Assembly (NCBI GenBank): GCA_963803925.1
Contig: CAWDOM010000011.1
Span: forward strand, 49,949 to 113,948
DNA length: 64,000 bases
Source: an uncultured Actinomycetota bacterium
GTDB taxonomy: Bacteria; Actinomycetota; Thermoleophilia; RBG-16-64-13
Direction of reading: 5' to 3'
Shown here: positions 8,470 to 18,534 of the stretch, piece after piece
How the letters are laid out: every line of letters starts with the position of its first letter
Position numbering within the stretch: position 1 is the stretch's first letter
Notes under the pieces: generated by a model
The model's input: the letters and a program-made list of their open reading frames with translations, nothing else
Databases searched by the model: none
What the model was told of the DNA's origin: nothing
Program-made: the position numbers and the translations under genes

Positions 8470-9623
8470 TGAGTCATCAGTTAGGAATCCCCAAACGGGC
8501 GCTGAACGCGCTCGTACAAATGATCGACTACGATGCCCAGGTCAAGCCGGGCATGGAGGTCGTCATCCTGGCGCACGTCGACGGTCTCTACGGCAGCGAC
8601 AACCTCGTCGACGAACAGGCCATGAGCTGGACCCAAGCTGTGGTGCAATCACGCGGAGCCAACTGCTCGATCCTCTGGATCGACGAGGTGATGAAGGCCC
8701 ACGAGTGGCGCCTGCCGCCCATCGTCAAGGGCGCCATCGCCAACGCCGACCTGTTCATCAATACTTCGCTCGACCTGGCCATCGAAGAGGTCGCCGAGTT
8801 CCGCAAGTACATCGAAGAGGTCAAGACCTGGTACGTGCGCATGTTCCCCGTCACGGCGCCGCTCCTCATGACCGAGTGGGCCCAGACGCCGCACGAACTG
8901 GTGGTCATGGTCCGGCACGTGAGCTCCGATCCTTTCATGACCCACGAGGCCAAATGGACGATGACCGATCCCAATGGCACCCAGCTTGAGGGCTACAGCC
9001 TTGATCCGGTGCAGCGCCCCGGCATCCCCGGCATGCCATACAACTCTTGGCGCAGAGACGCGAGCCACTACATCCCCTATCCGGAGTGGGTCCACCCGCC
9101 GATCAACAGCAAGGACGTCAACGGCGTCTTCTACTTCAACTGCATGCTGCCCTGGTGGTCGCGCTACATGGATCTTCCCCCAGCCTGGGCGGAACTCGTG
9201 CGCGTCGACGTCAAGGACAGCCGTATGGCCAAGATCTCGGGCGGCAAGGAAGCCGACGCGATCAACCGCTTCCTGAAGATGATGGAGGGCAAGGTCGGCG
9301 ACGGCATCTGGAAGTTCGACACTTTCCACTTCGGCATCCACCCGAACGCGAAGGTCACCGACGCTGAGTGCCCGAACGCCATCTACAAGCGGATCATCGA
9401 TCACTCGCACCACTCGAACCTGCACTGGCACATCGGGTCGGCGCCGGCAAATGACAACTACCACTACTATCCGCACATCACCGCCGATATCCGCAACGCC
9501 ACCCTGACGGTCAACGGCAAGCTCGTCTACGACAAGGGCTATCTCGAGTGCCTGCAGGATCCGAGGGTGCTCGAGGTTGCGGCCAAGTATCCCGACCTTC
9601 CCGGCATCCCCGAGAAGCTGTAG
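8469..9623 (+). CDS. Conserved hypothetical metalloenzyme-like protein. It possibly has an aminopeptidase-T (M29) / NicX-like fold, but the function is unknown.
   Basis: 384-aa ORF with a GTG start overlapping the MarR stop (taGTG). His-rich candidate metal motifs HFGIHPNA and DHSHHSNLHWHIGSA. The fold assignment is from memory only. Confidence 0.6.
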   Translation: MSHQLGIPKRALNALVQMIDYDAQVKPGMEVVILAHVDGLYGSDNLVDEQAMSWTQAVVQSRGANCSILWIDEVMKAHEWRLPPIVKGAIANADLFINTSLDLAIEEVAEFRKYIEEVKTWYVRMFPVTAPLLMTEWAQTPHELVVMVRHVSSDPFMTHEAKWTMTDPNGTQLEGYSLDPVQRPGIPGMPYNSWRRDASHYIPYPEWVHPPINSKDVNGVFYFNCMLPWWSRYMDLPPAWAELVRVDVKDSRMAKISGGKEADAINRFLKMMEGKVGDGIWKFDTFHFGIHPNAKVTDAECPNAIYKRIIDHSHHSNLHWHIGSAPANDNYHYYPHITADIRNATLTVNGKLVYDKGYLECLQDPRVLEVAAKYPDLPGIPEKL

Positions 9624-9652
9624 GGAATCGGACGAGAATCAGGAGAAGAGGT

Positions 9653-10846
9653 ATGAGCAAGGAAAAGCGTCTGATCGCCTACGTGGGGCGCAATCACGTC
9701 GACAAGTTCGAGGGCGGGGGCATCTCGGTCTTCGAAGTGAGCAAGGACGGCAGCAGCATCACTCCCCTCGCCGGTGGCGTGGAGGAGATGCCGAAAAGGG
9801 CGGGGTATCTCACGTACGCGGCAAAGGCCCACGTCCTCTACTCGGTCGACGAGCGGAAGACCGATGGACGTGGACCCAAGAAGCCGGCTTCATGCGTGAT
9901 GTCGTTCAAGGTGGATCCGCAGTCCGGAAAGCTGACCTTTCTGAACCAGCAACCCACCGTGGGAGCGATGCCGGCTTCCATCATCGTGGACGAGGAGAAG
10001 AAACTCCTCTTCACCGCGAACCACGGCTTCTTCGATCATGTGGTGAAGGCGGTCGAGATCGCCGCCGGCAAATGGGTGGAGAAGTTCGAGTACGACGATT
10101 CGACGGTCGTGCAGTACGGCATCGAAGCCGACGGTTCAATCGGTGAAGTCCAAGACGTGCATGTACTCGCCGGATACGGCACCGACCCGAACGATTCTCC
10201 CCAGGGCGGGGGGCACGCCCAGGCCAGCCCTCACGCGCACATAGTCGTGATCGACCCGACGGGCACATTCCTGGTGGTGTGCGAGAAGGCAGGGGAGCGG
10301 ATCTACGTCTACCGCATCGGAGGAAGGAGACTGCAGCTCGCCTCCGTCTACCAATGCCCGGCGGGGACCGGTCCTCGGCATGCTGCCTTCGATCTGAACA
10401 CAGGCCGCATGTTCATGACCTGTGAGTTCTCTTCTGAGCTGTGGTCGTTCGATTTCGACGCGACCAGCGGTGTCCTGACGTTCGTCGACAAGCAATCGAC
10501 GCTTTCCGGCTTCACGGGACGCAACGAGACGGCCACCCTGCAGGTGCATCCGAACGGCCGCTTCGTGTATATGAACAACCGGGGACAAGACGACGTCGTC
10601 TGGTACGGCATCTCCGAGGATGGTCATCTGACGAAGGCCGGACGGGTCGAACTCAGCAAGTCTGGCGATCCGAAAGACGCGACCCGCTGCATGACGCTCT
10701 CGCCCGACGGCGCGTTCCTGCTCGTCCCGGACCGCCCGGCGGATGTGATCCGGTCGTATGCGGTCGATGCGAATGATGGAAGCCTGAAGGTTCTGGCCGA
10801 AGTCCCCGTAGAGAACCCGGTATTCATCCAGTTCGTCGAGCTCTAA
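9653..10846 (+). CDS. Seven-bladed beta-propeller lactonase-like protein (6-phosphogluconolactonase/Pgl-type family)
   Basis: AGGAG RBS before the ATG at 9653. Repeated blade-like segments (YSVDE..., LFTANHG..., FLVVCEKAGERIYVYRI, GPRHAAFD, HPNGRFVYMNNRG, LSPDGAFLLVPDR). Confidence 0.7.
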   Translation: MSKEKRLIAYVGRNHVDKFEGGGISVFEVSKDGSSITPLAGGVEEMPKRAGYLTYAAKAHVLYSVDERKTDGRGPKKPASCVMSFKVDPQSGKLTFLNQQPTVGAMPASIIVDEEKKLLFTANHGFFDHVVKAVEIAAGKWVEKFEYDDSTVVQYGIEADGSIGEVQDVHVLAGYGTDPNDSPQGGGHAQASPHAHIVVIDPTGTFLVVCEKAGERIYVYRIGGRRLQLASVYQCPAGTGPRHAAFDLNTGRMFMTCEFSSELWSFDFDATSGVLTFVDKQSTLSGFTGRNETATLQVHPNGRFVYMNNRGQDDVVWYGISEDGHLTKAGRVELSKSGDPKDATRCMTLSPDGAFLLVPDRPADVIRSYAVDANDGSLKVLAEVPVENPVFIQFVEL

Positions 10847-10863
10847 CCGGCCTGGCGAGTGTG

Positions 10864-10902
10864 CTTCCGGCCCCCTAGGGGGCTCCCCCCGGGGGCCGGA
10901 AG
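10864..10902 (+). terminator. GC-rich hairpin with a 12-bp stem (CTTCCGGCCCCC / GGGGGCCGGAAG) after the lactonase-like gene. No clear U-tract.
   Basis: Inverted repeat read directly, 18 nt downstream of the stop at 10846. Confidence 0.5.
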
Positions 10903-11000
10903 CAGAAGAACCTCACCGGTACGATTCAGGTCCACCCCTCCGCCTGGTTGCTGAGATCGAGTCGGAGAAGCTGCCCACAAAGAAGATCGAGGTAGGTACT

Positions 11001-11111
11001 ATGCCGTGTCTCAACAAGGCCTGCGTGCCGCATGACGACGAGGCCATGGAGATCATTGAACAGGCTGTAGCCGACAACCGGCGCACCGTGCATGACGTGG
11101 GCGCGCGATGA
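11001..11111 (+). CDS. Candidate 36-aa small ORF (MPCLNKACVPHDDEAMEIIEQAVADNRRTVHDVGAR) translationally coupled to the first transhydroxylase-like gene
   Basis: GAGGT RBS 7 nt upstream of the ATG at 11001. Its TGA overlaps the ATG of the next gene (ATGA at 11108..11111). It is below the length cut-off of the ORF track. Confidence 0.35.
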   Translation: MPCLNKACVPHDDEAMEIIEQAVADNRRTVHDVGAR

Positions 11112-13645
11112 GCGAGGAGACGGTCCACATACAGTGCACAGTGGGCGGCCCCGTCAGGGTGTACGTCAAGGACGGCGTCATCACACGGATGCGTCCGATC
11201 GTCTTCGACGAGACCGACGCCCCGTCTTGGACCATCGAGGCGAGAGGCAAGGAGTACACCCCGCCGCGTAAGACCACGCTGCAGAGTTACGAAGTGCCCG
11301 AGCGGCAGCGTGTCTACGAGAATCGTATCCACTATCCCATGCGCCGCAAGCACTTCGACCCCAACGGCGACCGGCATCCGGAGCTCCGCGGCAAAGACGA
11401 GTACGTGCGCATCAGTTGGGACGAAGCCCTCGACTTGGTCTCCGGGGAGATCACCCGCATCCGCGAGACGCACGGTGCGGCAGCCATCACCGCCATGACT
11501 TCCTCGCACCACAACTGGGGCTTTTTGCACTACAAGCTCGGGCCGCTGGGGCGTTTCTTCAACATCCTCGGCTACAGCATGTGTCTCGACAACCCCGACA
11601 GTTGGGAGGGTTGGCACTGGGGCGCCACGCATACCTGGGGCTACTGGTGGCGCCTGGGTCATTGCGAGCAGTCGGAACTCCTCCAGGATGCGTTGAAGCA
11701 CACCGAGCAGGTGATCTTCTGGTCGGTCGATCCCAACAGTACCTCGTACATGTACAGTGGCCAGGAGAACCTCATTTGGCGCCACTGGATGAAAGAACTG
11801 GGCATCCAGTTCGTGGTCATCGACCCCTACAACAACTGCACCATGAGCACCATGGGCGACAGGTGGATCGCGCCGCGACCGGGCACCGATGCCGCGTTGG
11901 CCGAAGCCATCGCCCACGTGTGGCTCACCGAGGACACCTACGATCACTTCTTCGTCGAGAACCGTACTCACGGCTTCGACGAGTGGAAGAAACACATCCT
12001 TGGCGAGACCGACGGTCTGCCGAGAAATCCGCAGTGGGCCGCGCCGATCTGCGACCTGCCGGCGAGCACCATCACGGCGCTGGCCCGGGAGTGGGCGGCC
12101 AAGAAGACCATGCTCGCCGTGGGGAGCATCTTCGGGGCTACCGGCGCCTGCCGGCAGGCCTTCGCCACCGAGTGGGCCCGGCTCTGCATCTACCTCATGG
12201 CCATGCAAGGCTTCGGTAAGCCGGGCGTGAACTTCTGGGGCGGCACGGCCGGGGCGGCCCCCATCGACTACCGCTTTCATATGTTCGGTTACTCCGACAA
12301 CGGCTGGGATGCCTTCGGCGCCGTGGGCGAGAAGTCGTACTTCCCCCAGCACAACCCGGTCACCCAGAAGACCTACCGCATTCTGCTGCCCGACATCGTC
12401 ATGGACCCGCCCGTGAGCTGGATCGGGGAGGGCTTCTGCGGCAACTCCATCGAGCAGCAGTTCCACCGCTTCACCTGTCCTGAAGATGGCCCGAACGGCG
12501 CCCCGATCAAGATGATCCACCGCCACGGCGGCTCGTTCATAAGCACCATGACCGAGACCAACAAGTGGGTGCGGATGTACCAGCATCCCAATCTCGAGTT
12601 CGTGGTCATGCAGGACTGCCATTGGCAGAGCGAGACCAAGTTCGGCGATGTGATTCTCCCGGCGACCACCAACTTCGAGCACTCCGATCTCTCGGAGTGG
12701 GGCGCGGCGGGCGGCTACGGCTTCAACGATTTCAACAGCAACCACCGGGTGTGTATCTACCAGCACAAGTGCATCGAGCCACTGTGGGAATCCAAGCCCG
12801 ATTACGAGATCTACACGCTTCTGGCGGAGAGGCTGGGGTTCAAAGACCAGTACACCGAGGGCCACGACTTCGAAGACTGGAATCGCATCGTGTTCGAGAA
12901 GTCCGATCTGCCGAAGTACGTCAGCTACGAGGATTTCAAGAACAAGGGCTACTTCGTCGTACCGGCCATGCCGCCCGACGAAGAACCCCGGGTCTCGTTC
13001 CGGTGGTTCTACGAAGGCCGGCCGAGTGACTTGTACTCCGAGGACAGAACGCCGCCAGGCCCACCGCAGACAGGAGTGGGTCTGGCCACGCCTTCGGGCA
13101 AGGTCGAGTTCGTGTGTCAGACGCTGCAGGCGTTCGATCCCGACGACCAGGAGCGCCCGCCCATGGCGCGCTACATCCCCAGTTGGGAGGGCTACAACAC
13201 CACCGAGCTCACCGGCGAGTACCCGTTGCAGCTCATCAGCCCGCACCCGCGATTCTCGTACCACACGCACAACGACAACAAGAGCCACTGGCTCGACGAC
13301 ATCCCGCAGCACCGGGTCAAGAAAGGTGGCTACGCGTGGTGGCCGGTGCGTATCCATCCGTCGGATGCGGAGTCTCGTGGCGTCAAGGACGGAGACATAG
13401 TCAAGATGTACAACGGCCGGGGCACCGTCTTGTGCGCCGCGCATGTGACAGAGCGGGTCCGCCCTGGCACCGTGCACTCCTATGAGGCCGCCGCCAAGTA
13501 CGACCCGCTGGAGCCGGGCGTGGCCGGCAGCCCCGATAGGGGCGGTTGCGTCAACCTTCTTTCTCCGAGTCGAATCGTTTCGAAGAACGTGCCGGGCGAA
13601 GCTCAGAACTCATGCCTGGTCGAGATAGCCAAGTGGGAGGCCTAA
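11108..13645 (+). CDS. Pyrogallol-phloroglucinol transhydroxylase-like molybdopterin (bis-MGD) large subunit, paralog 1
   Basis: 845 aa with no Tat signal and no N-terminal Cys cluster. Hallmarks match my memory of the Pelobacter acidigallici enzyme: GGPVRVYVKDGVITRMRPI, APSWTIEARGKEYTPPRKT, NPDSWEGWHWGATHTWG, LPATTNFEHSDLSEW, SPHPRFSYHTH, GGCVNLLSP. Confidence 0.85.
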   Translation: MSEETVHIQCTVGGPVRVYVKDGVITRMRPIVFDETDAPSWTIEARGKEYTPPRKTTLQSYEVPERQRVYENRIHYPMRRKHFDPNGDRHPELRGKDEYVRISWDEALDLVSGEITRIRETHGAAAITAMTSSHHNWGFLHYKLGPLGRFFNILGYSMCLDNPDSWEGWHWGATHTWGYWWRLGHCEQSELLQDALKHTEQVIFWSVDPNSTSYMYSGQENLIWRHWMKELGIQFVVIDPYNNCTMSTMGDRWIAPRPGTDAALAEAIAHVWLTEDTYDHFFVENRTHGFDEWKKHILGETDGLPRNPQWAAPICDLPASTITALAREWAAKKTMLAVGSIFGATGACRQAFATEWARLCIYLMAMQGFGKPGVNFWGGTAGAAPIDYRFHMFGYSDNGWDAFGAVGEKSYFPQHNPVTQKTYRILLPDIVMDPPVSWIGEGFCGNSIEQQFHRFTCPEDGPNGAPIKMIHRHGGSFISTMTETNKWVRMYQHPNLEFVVMQDCHWQSETKFGDVILPATTNFEHSDLSEWGAAGGYGFNDFNSNHRVCIYQHKCIEPLWESKPDYEIYTLLAERLGFKDQYTEGHDFEDWNRIVFEKSDLPKYVSYEDFKNKGYFVVPAMPPDEEPRVSFRWFYEGRPSDLYSEDRTPPGPPQTGVGLATPSGKVEFVCQTLQAFDPDDQERPPMARYIPSWEGYNTTELTGEYPLQLISPHPRFSYHTHNDNKSHWLDDIPQHRVKKGGYAWWPVRIHPSDAESRGVKDGDIVKMYNGRGTVLCAAHVTERVRPGTVHSYEAAAKYDPLEPGVAGSPDRGGCVNLLSPSRIVSKNVPGEAQNSCLVEIAKWEA

Positions 13646-13648
13646 GGA

Positions 13649-16184
13649 ATGGCAGAGCAAGAATTCATCAACTGCGGCATCGGGGCCATGCTGAAGGTCA
13701 CCGTCAACGACGGCGTGATCACCCGCATGCGCCCGCTTCGCCTGACCGAAGAAGACGGAGGTCGCTGGACTATCGAAGCCAAGGGCAAGAAGTTCTCCGA
13801 CCCGCGAAAGACTACGATCAACCCGTTCAACATAGCCGAGCGTATGCGGGTCTATGCCGACAACCGCATCAAGTACCCCATGAAGCGAAAGAACTTCGAT
13901 CCCGACGGCGAGCGGCACCCCGAACTGCGGGGCAAGGACGAGTACGTGCGCATCTCCTGGGAAGAGGCCTACGACATCTATGTCAAAGAGATCACACGCG
14001 TGCGCGAGGCCTACGGGCCGGCCGCGGTGACGGCCTTCGTTTCGTCCCATCACAACTACGGCCTGCTCTACTACAAGATGGGCCCCATGCCCCGCTTCTT
14101 CAACATCCTGGGTTATACGCAGCTGCTGGACAACCCCGATTCGTGGGAGGGCTGGCACTGGGGCAGCATGCATACCTGGGGTTGGTACTGGCGCTTCGGC
14201 CAGTGCGACAACTTCGACATGCTGTCGGAGGCCATGAAGAACACCGAACAGGTGATCTACTGGTCGGTCGATCCGAACACCTCAGCCGGCGGCTATGGCG
14301 GCCAGGAGACCGTGATTTGGAGGGAATGGCTCCGGGAGCTGGGCATCACAGGCATCTTCATCGACCCGTACTGTAACGCTACCTCGGCGCACATGGCCGA
14401 CAAGTGGCTGGCTCCCCGGCCGGGCACCGACGCCGCCCTGGCTCAGGCCATCGCATACCAGTGGATCGTCGACGATACCTACGACCACTGGTTCGTCGAG
14501 AACCGCACCGTCCACTTCGACGAGTGGAAGGCCTACATCATGGGCGAGACCGATGGGGTGCCCAAGTCCGCCGACTGGGCGGCTCCCATCTGCGACATCC
14601 GCGCGCATACCATCCGGGCGGTCGCCCGGCAGTGGGCCTCTAAGAAGAGCATGCTGGCCTGCGGTTCGCAGTATGGAACAGCGGGGGCCTGCCGTAACTC
14701 GTACGCCACCGAATGGGCCAGCCTCATGATCCACCTCATAGCCATGCAGGGCATCGGCAAGGAGGGCGTGAACATCTGGGGCGGCACCGCGCACGGCGCT
14801 CCCCTCGACATGAGCTTCAAGAGCGCCGGTTACTCCGACGTGGGCTGGGACGTCTTCGGTCTCGTCGCCAAACAGGCGACCTTCCCCGATCGCAACACCG
14901 TCACCCAGAAGGTGTACCGCATCTCTCTGCCGGAGGCCATTCTCGATGGCCACATCGAGTGGCTGGGCGAGGGCTTCTGCGTGCAGTACCCGACCCAGCA
15001 GTTCAAGCCCATGCAGTACCCCGAGCCAGGCCCGAACGGCGCCGAGATCAGAATGATCCACCGCCACGGCGGCTCCTTCATCTCCACCATGACCGACACC
15101 AGCAAGTGGGTGCGCATGTACCAGTCGCCCAAGCTGGAGTTCGTTGTCATGCAGGACTGCCACTGGCAGAGCGAGACCAAGTTCGGCGACCTCATCTTCC
15201 CGGCGTCGACGAACTTCGAGCACCAGGACATCTCGGAGTGGGCCCAGCCCGGCGGATACGGCAACGGCAACGTCAACTGCAACCACCGCATCTTGATGTT
15301 CCAGCAGAAATGCATCGAGCCCCTGTGGGAATCGAAGCCCGACTACCAGATCTACTGCGAGCTGGCCGAGCGTCTCGGCTTTCTCGAGGAGTACACCGAG
15401 GGCAACTCCGAAGAGGATTGGATCAAGAAGGTCTTCGCCTACACCGACCTGCCCAAGTACGTCTCGTACGAGGATTTCAAGAAGAAGGGCTACTTCGTGG
15501 TGCCGGCGCTGCCCGAGGACTACAAGCCCACCGTATCGAATCGTTGGTACTACGAGGGCCGGCCCGTCGACACCCCCGACCGCTTCAATCCCCTAGCGGG
15601 AACCGACAAGGCCACCGAGATGGCCACCCCGAGCGGCAAGATCGAGTTCGTTCGCGACCGTCTCAAGGAGTTCTTTCCCGACGATGAAGAGCGCCCGCCC
15701 ATGCCGCGCTACATCCCGCTCTACGAAGGCCACGAGACCACCGGCCTCGTGGACAAGTACCCCCTGATCCTGATGACGCCGCACACGAAGTACTCCTATC
15801 ACACCCATCAGGACAACAAGATCCTGTGGCTCAACGACATACGGCAGCATCGCATTGTGAAAGACGGCTACCCGTACTGGCCGATGCGCCTGAACCCGGC
15901 CGACGCCGAGGCGCGGGGCATCAAGGATGGCGACATCGTCATGGTCTACAACGACCGAGCCAGAGTACTCGGCGTGGCCTTGGTGACCGAACGCTGCCGT
16001 CCAGGAATGGTGCACTCGTACCAGGCGGCTGCCAAGTACGATCCGCTTCAGCCGGGCGTTCCTCGAGTCGATCGACCGGGGCGGGTGCGTGAACCTGCTG
16101 TCGCATTCGCGCATGACCAGCAAGAACGCCTACGGCGAAGCCAACATGTCGTTTCTCGTAGAAGTCCGCAAGTGGGAGGCATAG
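13649..16184 (+). CDS. Transhydroxylase-like molybdopterin large subunit, paralog 2. One frame break near 16060..16068 displaces the last ~40 codons.
   Basis: Collinear with paralog 1 through ...VHSYQAAAKYDPLQPGV. The conserved tail SIDRGGCVNLLSHSRMTSKNAYGEANMSFLVEVRKWEA then continues in the +1 frame to the TAG at 16182..16184, whereas the uncorrected ORF runs to 16210. Confidence 0.8.
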
Positions 16185-16188
16185 TCAA

Positions 16189-17019
16189 GTGGCCAGATAT
16201 GGAATGGTGATCGACGTCAAGAAGTGCGTGGGGTGCTACAACTGCTTCCTCACCTGCCGCGATGAATACGCCGGCAACGAGTATCCCGGCTATTCCGCCG
16301 CCCAGCCCATGAGCGGCATGAACTGGACCAAACTGCTCGAGATCGAGCGGGGTCAGTACCCTCATGTCAAGGTCGCCTACGTGCCGGTTCAGTGCAACCA
16401 CTGCGACGCCCCCTCGTGCCTGAAGCTCGACCAGACCGGGGCCATCTACCGGCGGTCCGACGGCATCGTCGTGATCGACCCGCAGAAGGCCAAGGGCAAC
16501 AAGGAGTTGGCCGGTCTCTGCCCCTACCGTCAGATCGAGTGGAACGAGGAGGCGCAGGTCGCGGCGAAATGCACCATGTGCGCTCATCTTCTCGATGCGG
16601 GTGAGCCGGAACCGCGGTGCGTGGAATCGTGCCCGAGCGGGGCGCGGATATTCGGCGATCTGGACGACCCGAGCAGCGAGGTGGCGAAACGTGTCGCGGC
16701 GGGTGCGAATGAGGTCTTCCATCCCGAGTACGCGCTCAAAGAGAAGCTCACCTATCTGAATATCCCGAGGAAGTTCGTGGCGGGCACGGTCGTTCTCGGC
16801 GACGTGGATGAAGTGGCTGTCGGCGCCGACGTGTCTCTGGCCGCCGGCGGCGAGACCCTCACCACCAAGACCAACGGCTTCGGCGACTTCGAGTTCGAGG
16901 GTCTGGCCGACAACGCGAAGTACACGGTCACCGTCACGGCTCCCGGCTACAAGATCGCGAGCTGCGAGACCAAGACCTCCAAGGACGTGTACCTGGGCGA
17001 GATCGTTCTCACCAAGTAG
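16189..17019 (+). CDS. Transhydroxylase-like small (beta) subunit: a 3x[4Fe-4S] ferredoxin domain plus a C-terminal Ig-like/carboxypeptidase-regulatory-like domain
   Basis: Cys motifs CVGCYNCFLTC, CNHCDAPSC and CTMCAHLL...CVESCP. The C-terminal beta-sandwich-like segment is TTKTNGFGDFEFEGLADNAKYTVTVTAPGYK. GTG start preceded by GGGAGG. Confidence 0.85.
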   Translation: MARYGMVIDVKKCVGCYNCFLTCRDEYAGNEYPGYSAAQPMSGMNWTKLLEIERGQYPHVKVAYVPVQCNHCDAPSCLKLDQTGAIYRRSDGIVVIDPQKAKGNKELAGLCPYRQIEWNEEAQVAAKCTMCAHLLDAGEPEPRCVESCPSGARIFGDLDDPSSEVAKRVAAGANEVFHPEYALKEKLTYLNIPRKFVAGTVVLGDVDEVAVGADVSLAAGGETLTTKTNGFGDFEFEGLADNAKYTVTVTAPGYKIASCETKTSKDVYLGEIVLTK

Positions 17020-17058
17020 GCTGGAGCTACACCTTTCGAGCGACGAAGCGAGTGTGAC

Positions 17059-18534
17059 ATGGCCGGAATAGCCTCCTACGGAGCGTACATACCGTTCTAC
17101 AGACTGAGCCGGGCCGAGATCGCCCGGGCCTGGGGTGGCGGCGGAACGGCCGGAGAACGGGCTGTCGCCAACTACGACGAAGACAGTCTCACCATGGCTG
17201 TAGCCGCCGCTCGGGATTGTCTCGCGGGTATCGATCGCGCTTGCGTGCAGGGGCTCGATTTTGCCTCCACGACCGCCCCTTACAAGGAGAAGCAGAGCGC
17301 AGCCCTCATCGCCGCGGTCCTGGGACTGCCGCCGGGAACAGTCACCATGGACTTCTCCGGGTCCCTGCGGAGCGGTACGAACGCCCTGAAAGCGGCGTTG
17401 GACGCGGTGATGAGCGGCTCTGCGAAAGGCGTCCTGGTGTGTGCTGCGGACACCCGTCTCGGCTATCCTGCGGGGCAGGCCGAGATGAGCTTCGGCGACG
17501 GCGCCGCGGCGTTGCTCGTCAGCGCGAGCGACACCGTCGCCGAAGTGACGCGTTTCGAAAGCACGTACCACGAGATCCAGGACGTGTGGCGCTCCGACCG
17601 CGACACGTTCGTCCGCTCGGCCGAGGAGCGCTTCTCCATGGACGAGGGCTACGTCCGCGTGATGACCTCGGCTCTGTCGGCGACCCTCAAGAAGCACCAG
17701 CTCGCGGAAACCGACATCGCACACGTCGCGATCAACGCACCCAACCTCCGTCAACTGAAGGCCGTCGCCAAGAAGGTAGGCGTCGACGACAAGTGCCGGC
17801 ACCTCGAGGCCATGCACGCCGGAGTCGGCGACACCGGTTGCGCTCAGAGCCTCATGGGGCTGGTCGGCGCTTTGGAACAGGCGTCCCCGGGCGACACGAT
17901 CCTCTTGGGAAGCTACGGCAACGGCTGCGACACGGCTGTGCTCGAGACCACAGAGCTGATAGCTGGGCTCAGCGACCGGAGGGGCATCAAAGGGCATCTC
18001 GCCTCAAAGACCAGCCTGCCCAACTACAACCAGTACCTGCGCTTTCGCGATCTCATCATCACGCAGCCGCCGGCCCGCCCGGCTCTCGAGATACGCATGC
18101 CCTCGCCCGCGGCCCAGTGGCGCGAGGCGCCGTGGGAGCTGCGTCTGACCGGCACGAGGTGCACGCGCTGCGGCACGCCGCAGTATCCGCCGCAACGGGT
18201 GTGCGTGCAGTGCCAAGCCAAAGACGAGATGGAGCCCTACAGCTTCCAGGATGTACCAGCCAAGGTGTTCTCGTTCTCGCACGACTATGTCATGGAGACC
18301 ATCGATCCGCCCGTGACGGTTGTGTTCGTCGATTTCGAGGGCGGCGGCCGCGTCATGTGCGACATGACCGACCGCGACCCGGCCGCGATCGAGGTCGGGC
18401 AGCCGCTCGAGTTCACCTTCAGGCGGCTCTACTACGTCGGGGGCATCTACAACTACTGGTGGAAGTGCCGGCCCCCGCGAACGGCGGACGCGCCAGACGG
18501 CCCGTCCGCACCTGGGGAGGCGAGCCGTGGATAG
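17059..18534 (+). CDS. HMG-CoA-synthase-like condensing enzyme fused to a C-terminal DUF35 (Zn-ribbon plus OB-fold) domain
   Basis: The N-terminus GIASYGAYIPFYRLSRAEIARAWG...NYDEDSLTMAVAAARDCL is archaeal-type HMGCS-like. The C-terminus CTRCGTPQYPPQRVCVQCQ...VTVVFVDFEGGGRVMCDMTD is DUF35-like. Confidence 0.75.
   Translation: MAGIASYGAYIPFYRLSRAEIARAWGGGGTAGERAVANYDEDSLTMAVAAARDCLAGIDRACVQGLDFASTTAPYKEKQSAALIAAVLGLPPGTVTMDFSGSLRSGTNALKAALDAVMSGSAKGVLVCAADTRLGYPAGQAEMSFGDGAAALLVSASDTVAEVTRFESTYHEIQDVWRSDRDTFVRSAEERFSMDEGYVRVMTSALSATLKKHQLAETDIAHVAINAPNLRQLKAVAKKVGVDDKCRHLEAMHAGVGDTGCAQSLMGLVGALEQASPGDTILLGSYGNGCDTAVLETTELIAGLSDRRGIKGHLASKTSLPNYNQYLRFRDLIITQPPARPALEIRMPSPAAQWREAPWELRLTGTRCTRCGTPQYPPQRVCVQCQAKDEMEPYSFQDVPAKVFSFSHDYVMETIDPPVTVVFVDFEGGGRVMCDMTDRDPAAIEVGQPLEFTFRRLYYVGGIYNYWWKCRPPRTADAPDGPSAPGEASRG

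Noticed and set aside
10913-13477. 854-aa minus-strand ORF
   Set aside because: It is exactly antisense to the well-supported transhydroxylase-like gene 11108..13645. The Arg/Gly/Val/His-rich composition is typical of shadow frames in GC-rich DNA, and I recognised no motifs.
11108-16184. Tat signal peptides or in-frame TGA (selenocysteine) in the molybdoenzyme genes, including 33125..35230 and 51732..54365
   Set aside because: There are no RRxFLK-type N-termini and no internal TGA interrupting the homologous frames. These look like cytoplasmic, Sec-free enzymes. The internal SRRRFL in the SUOX-like protein lies after a membrane domain and is not N-terminal.
16048-17997. 649-aa minus-strand ORF
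   Set aside because: Antisense to the small-subunit and HMGCS-like genes, both of which have clear family motifs. No RBS and no recognisable domain.
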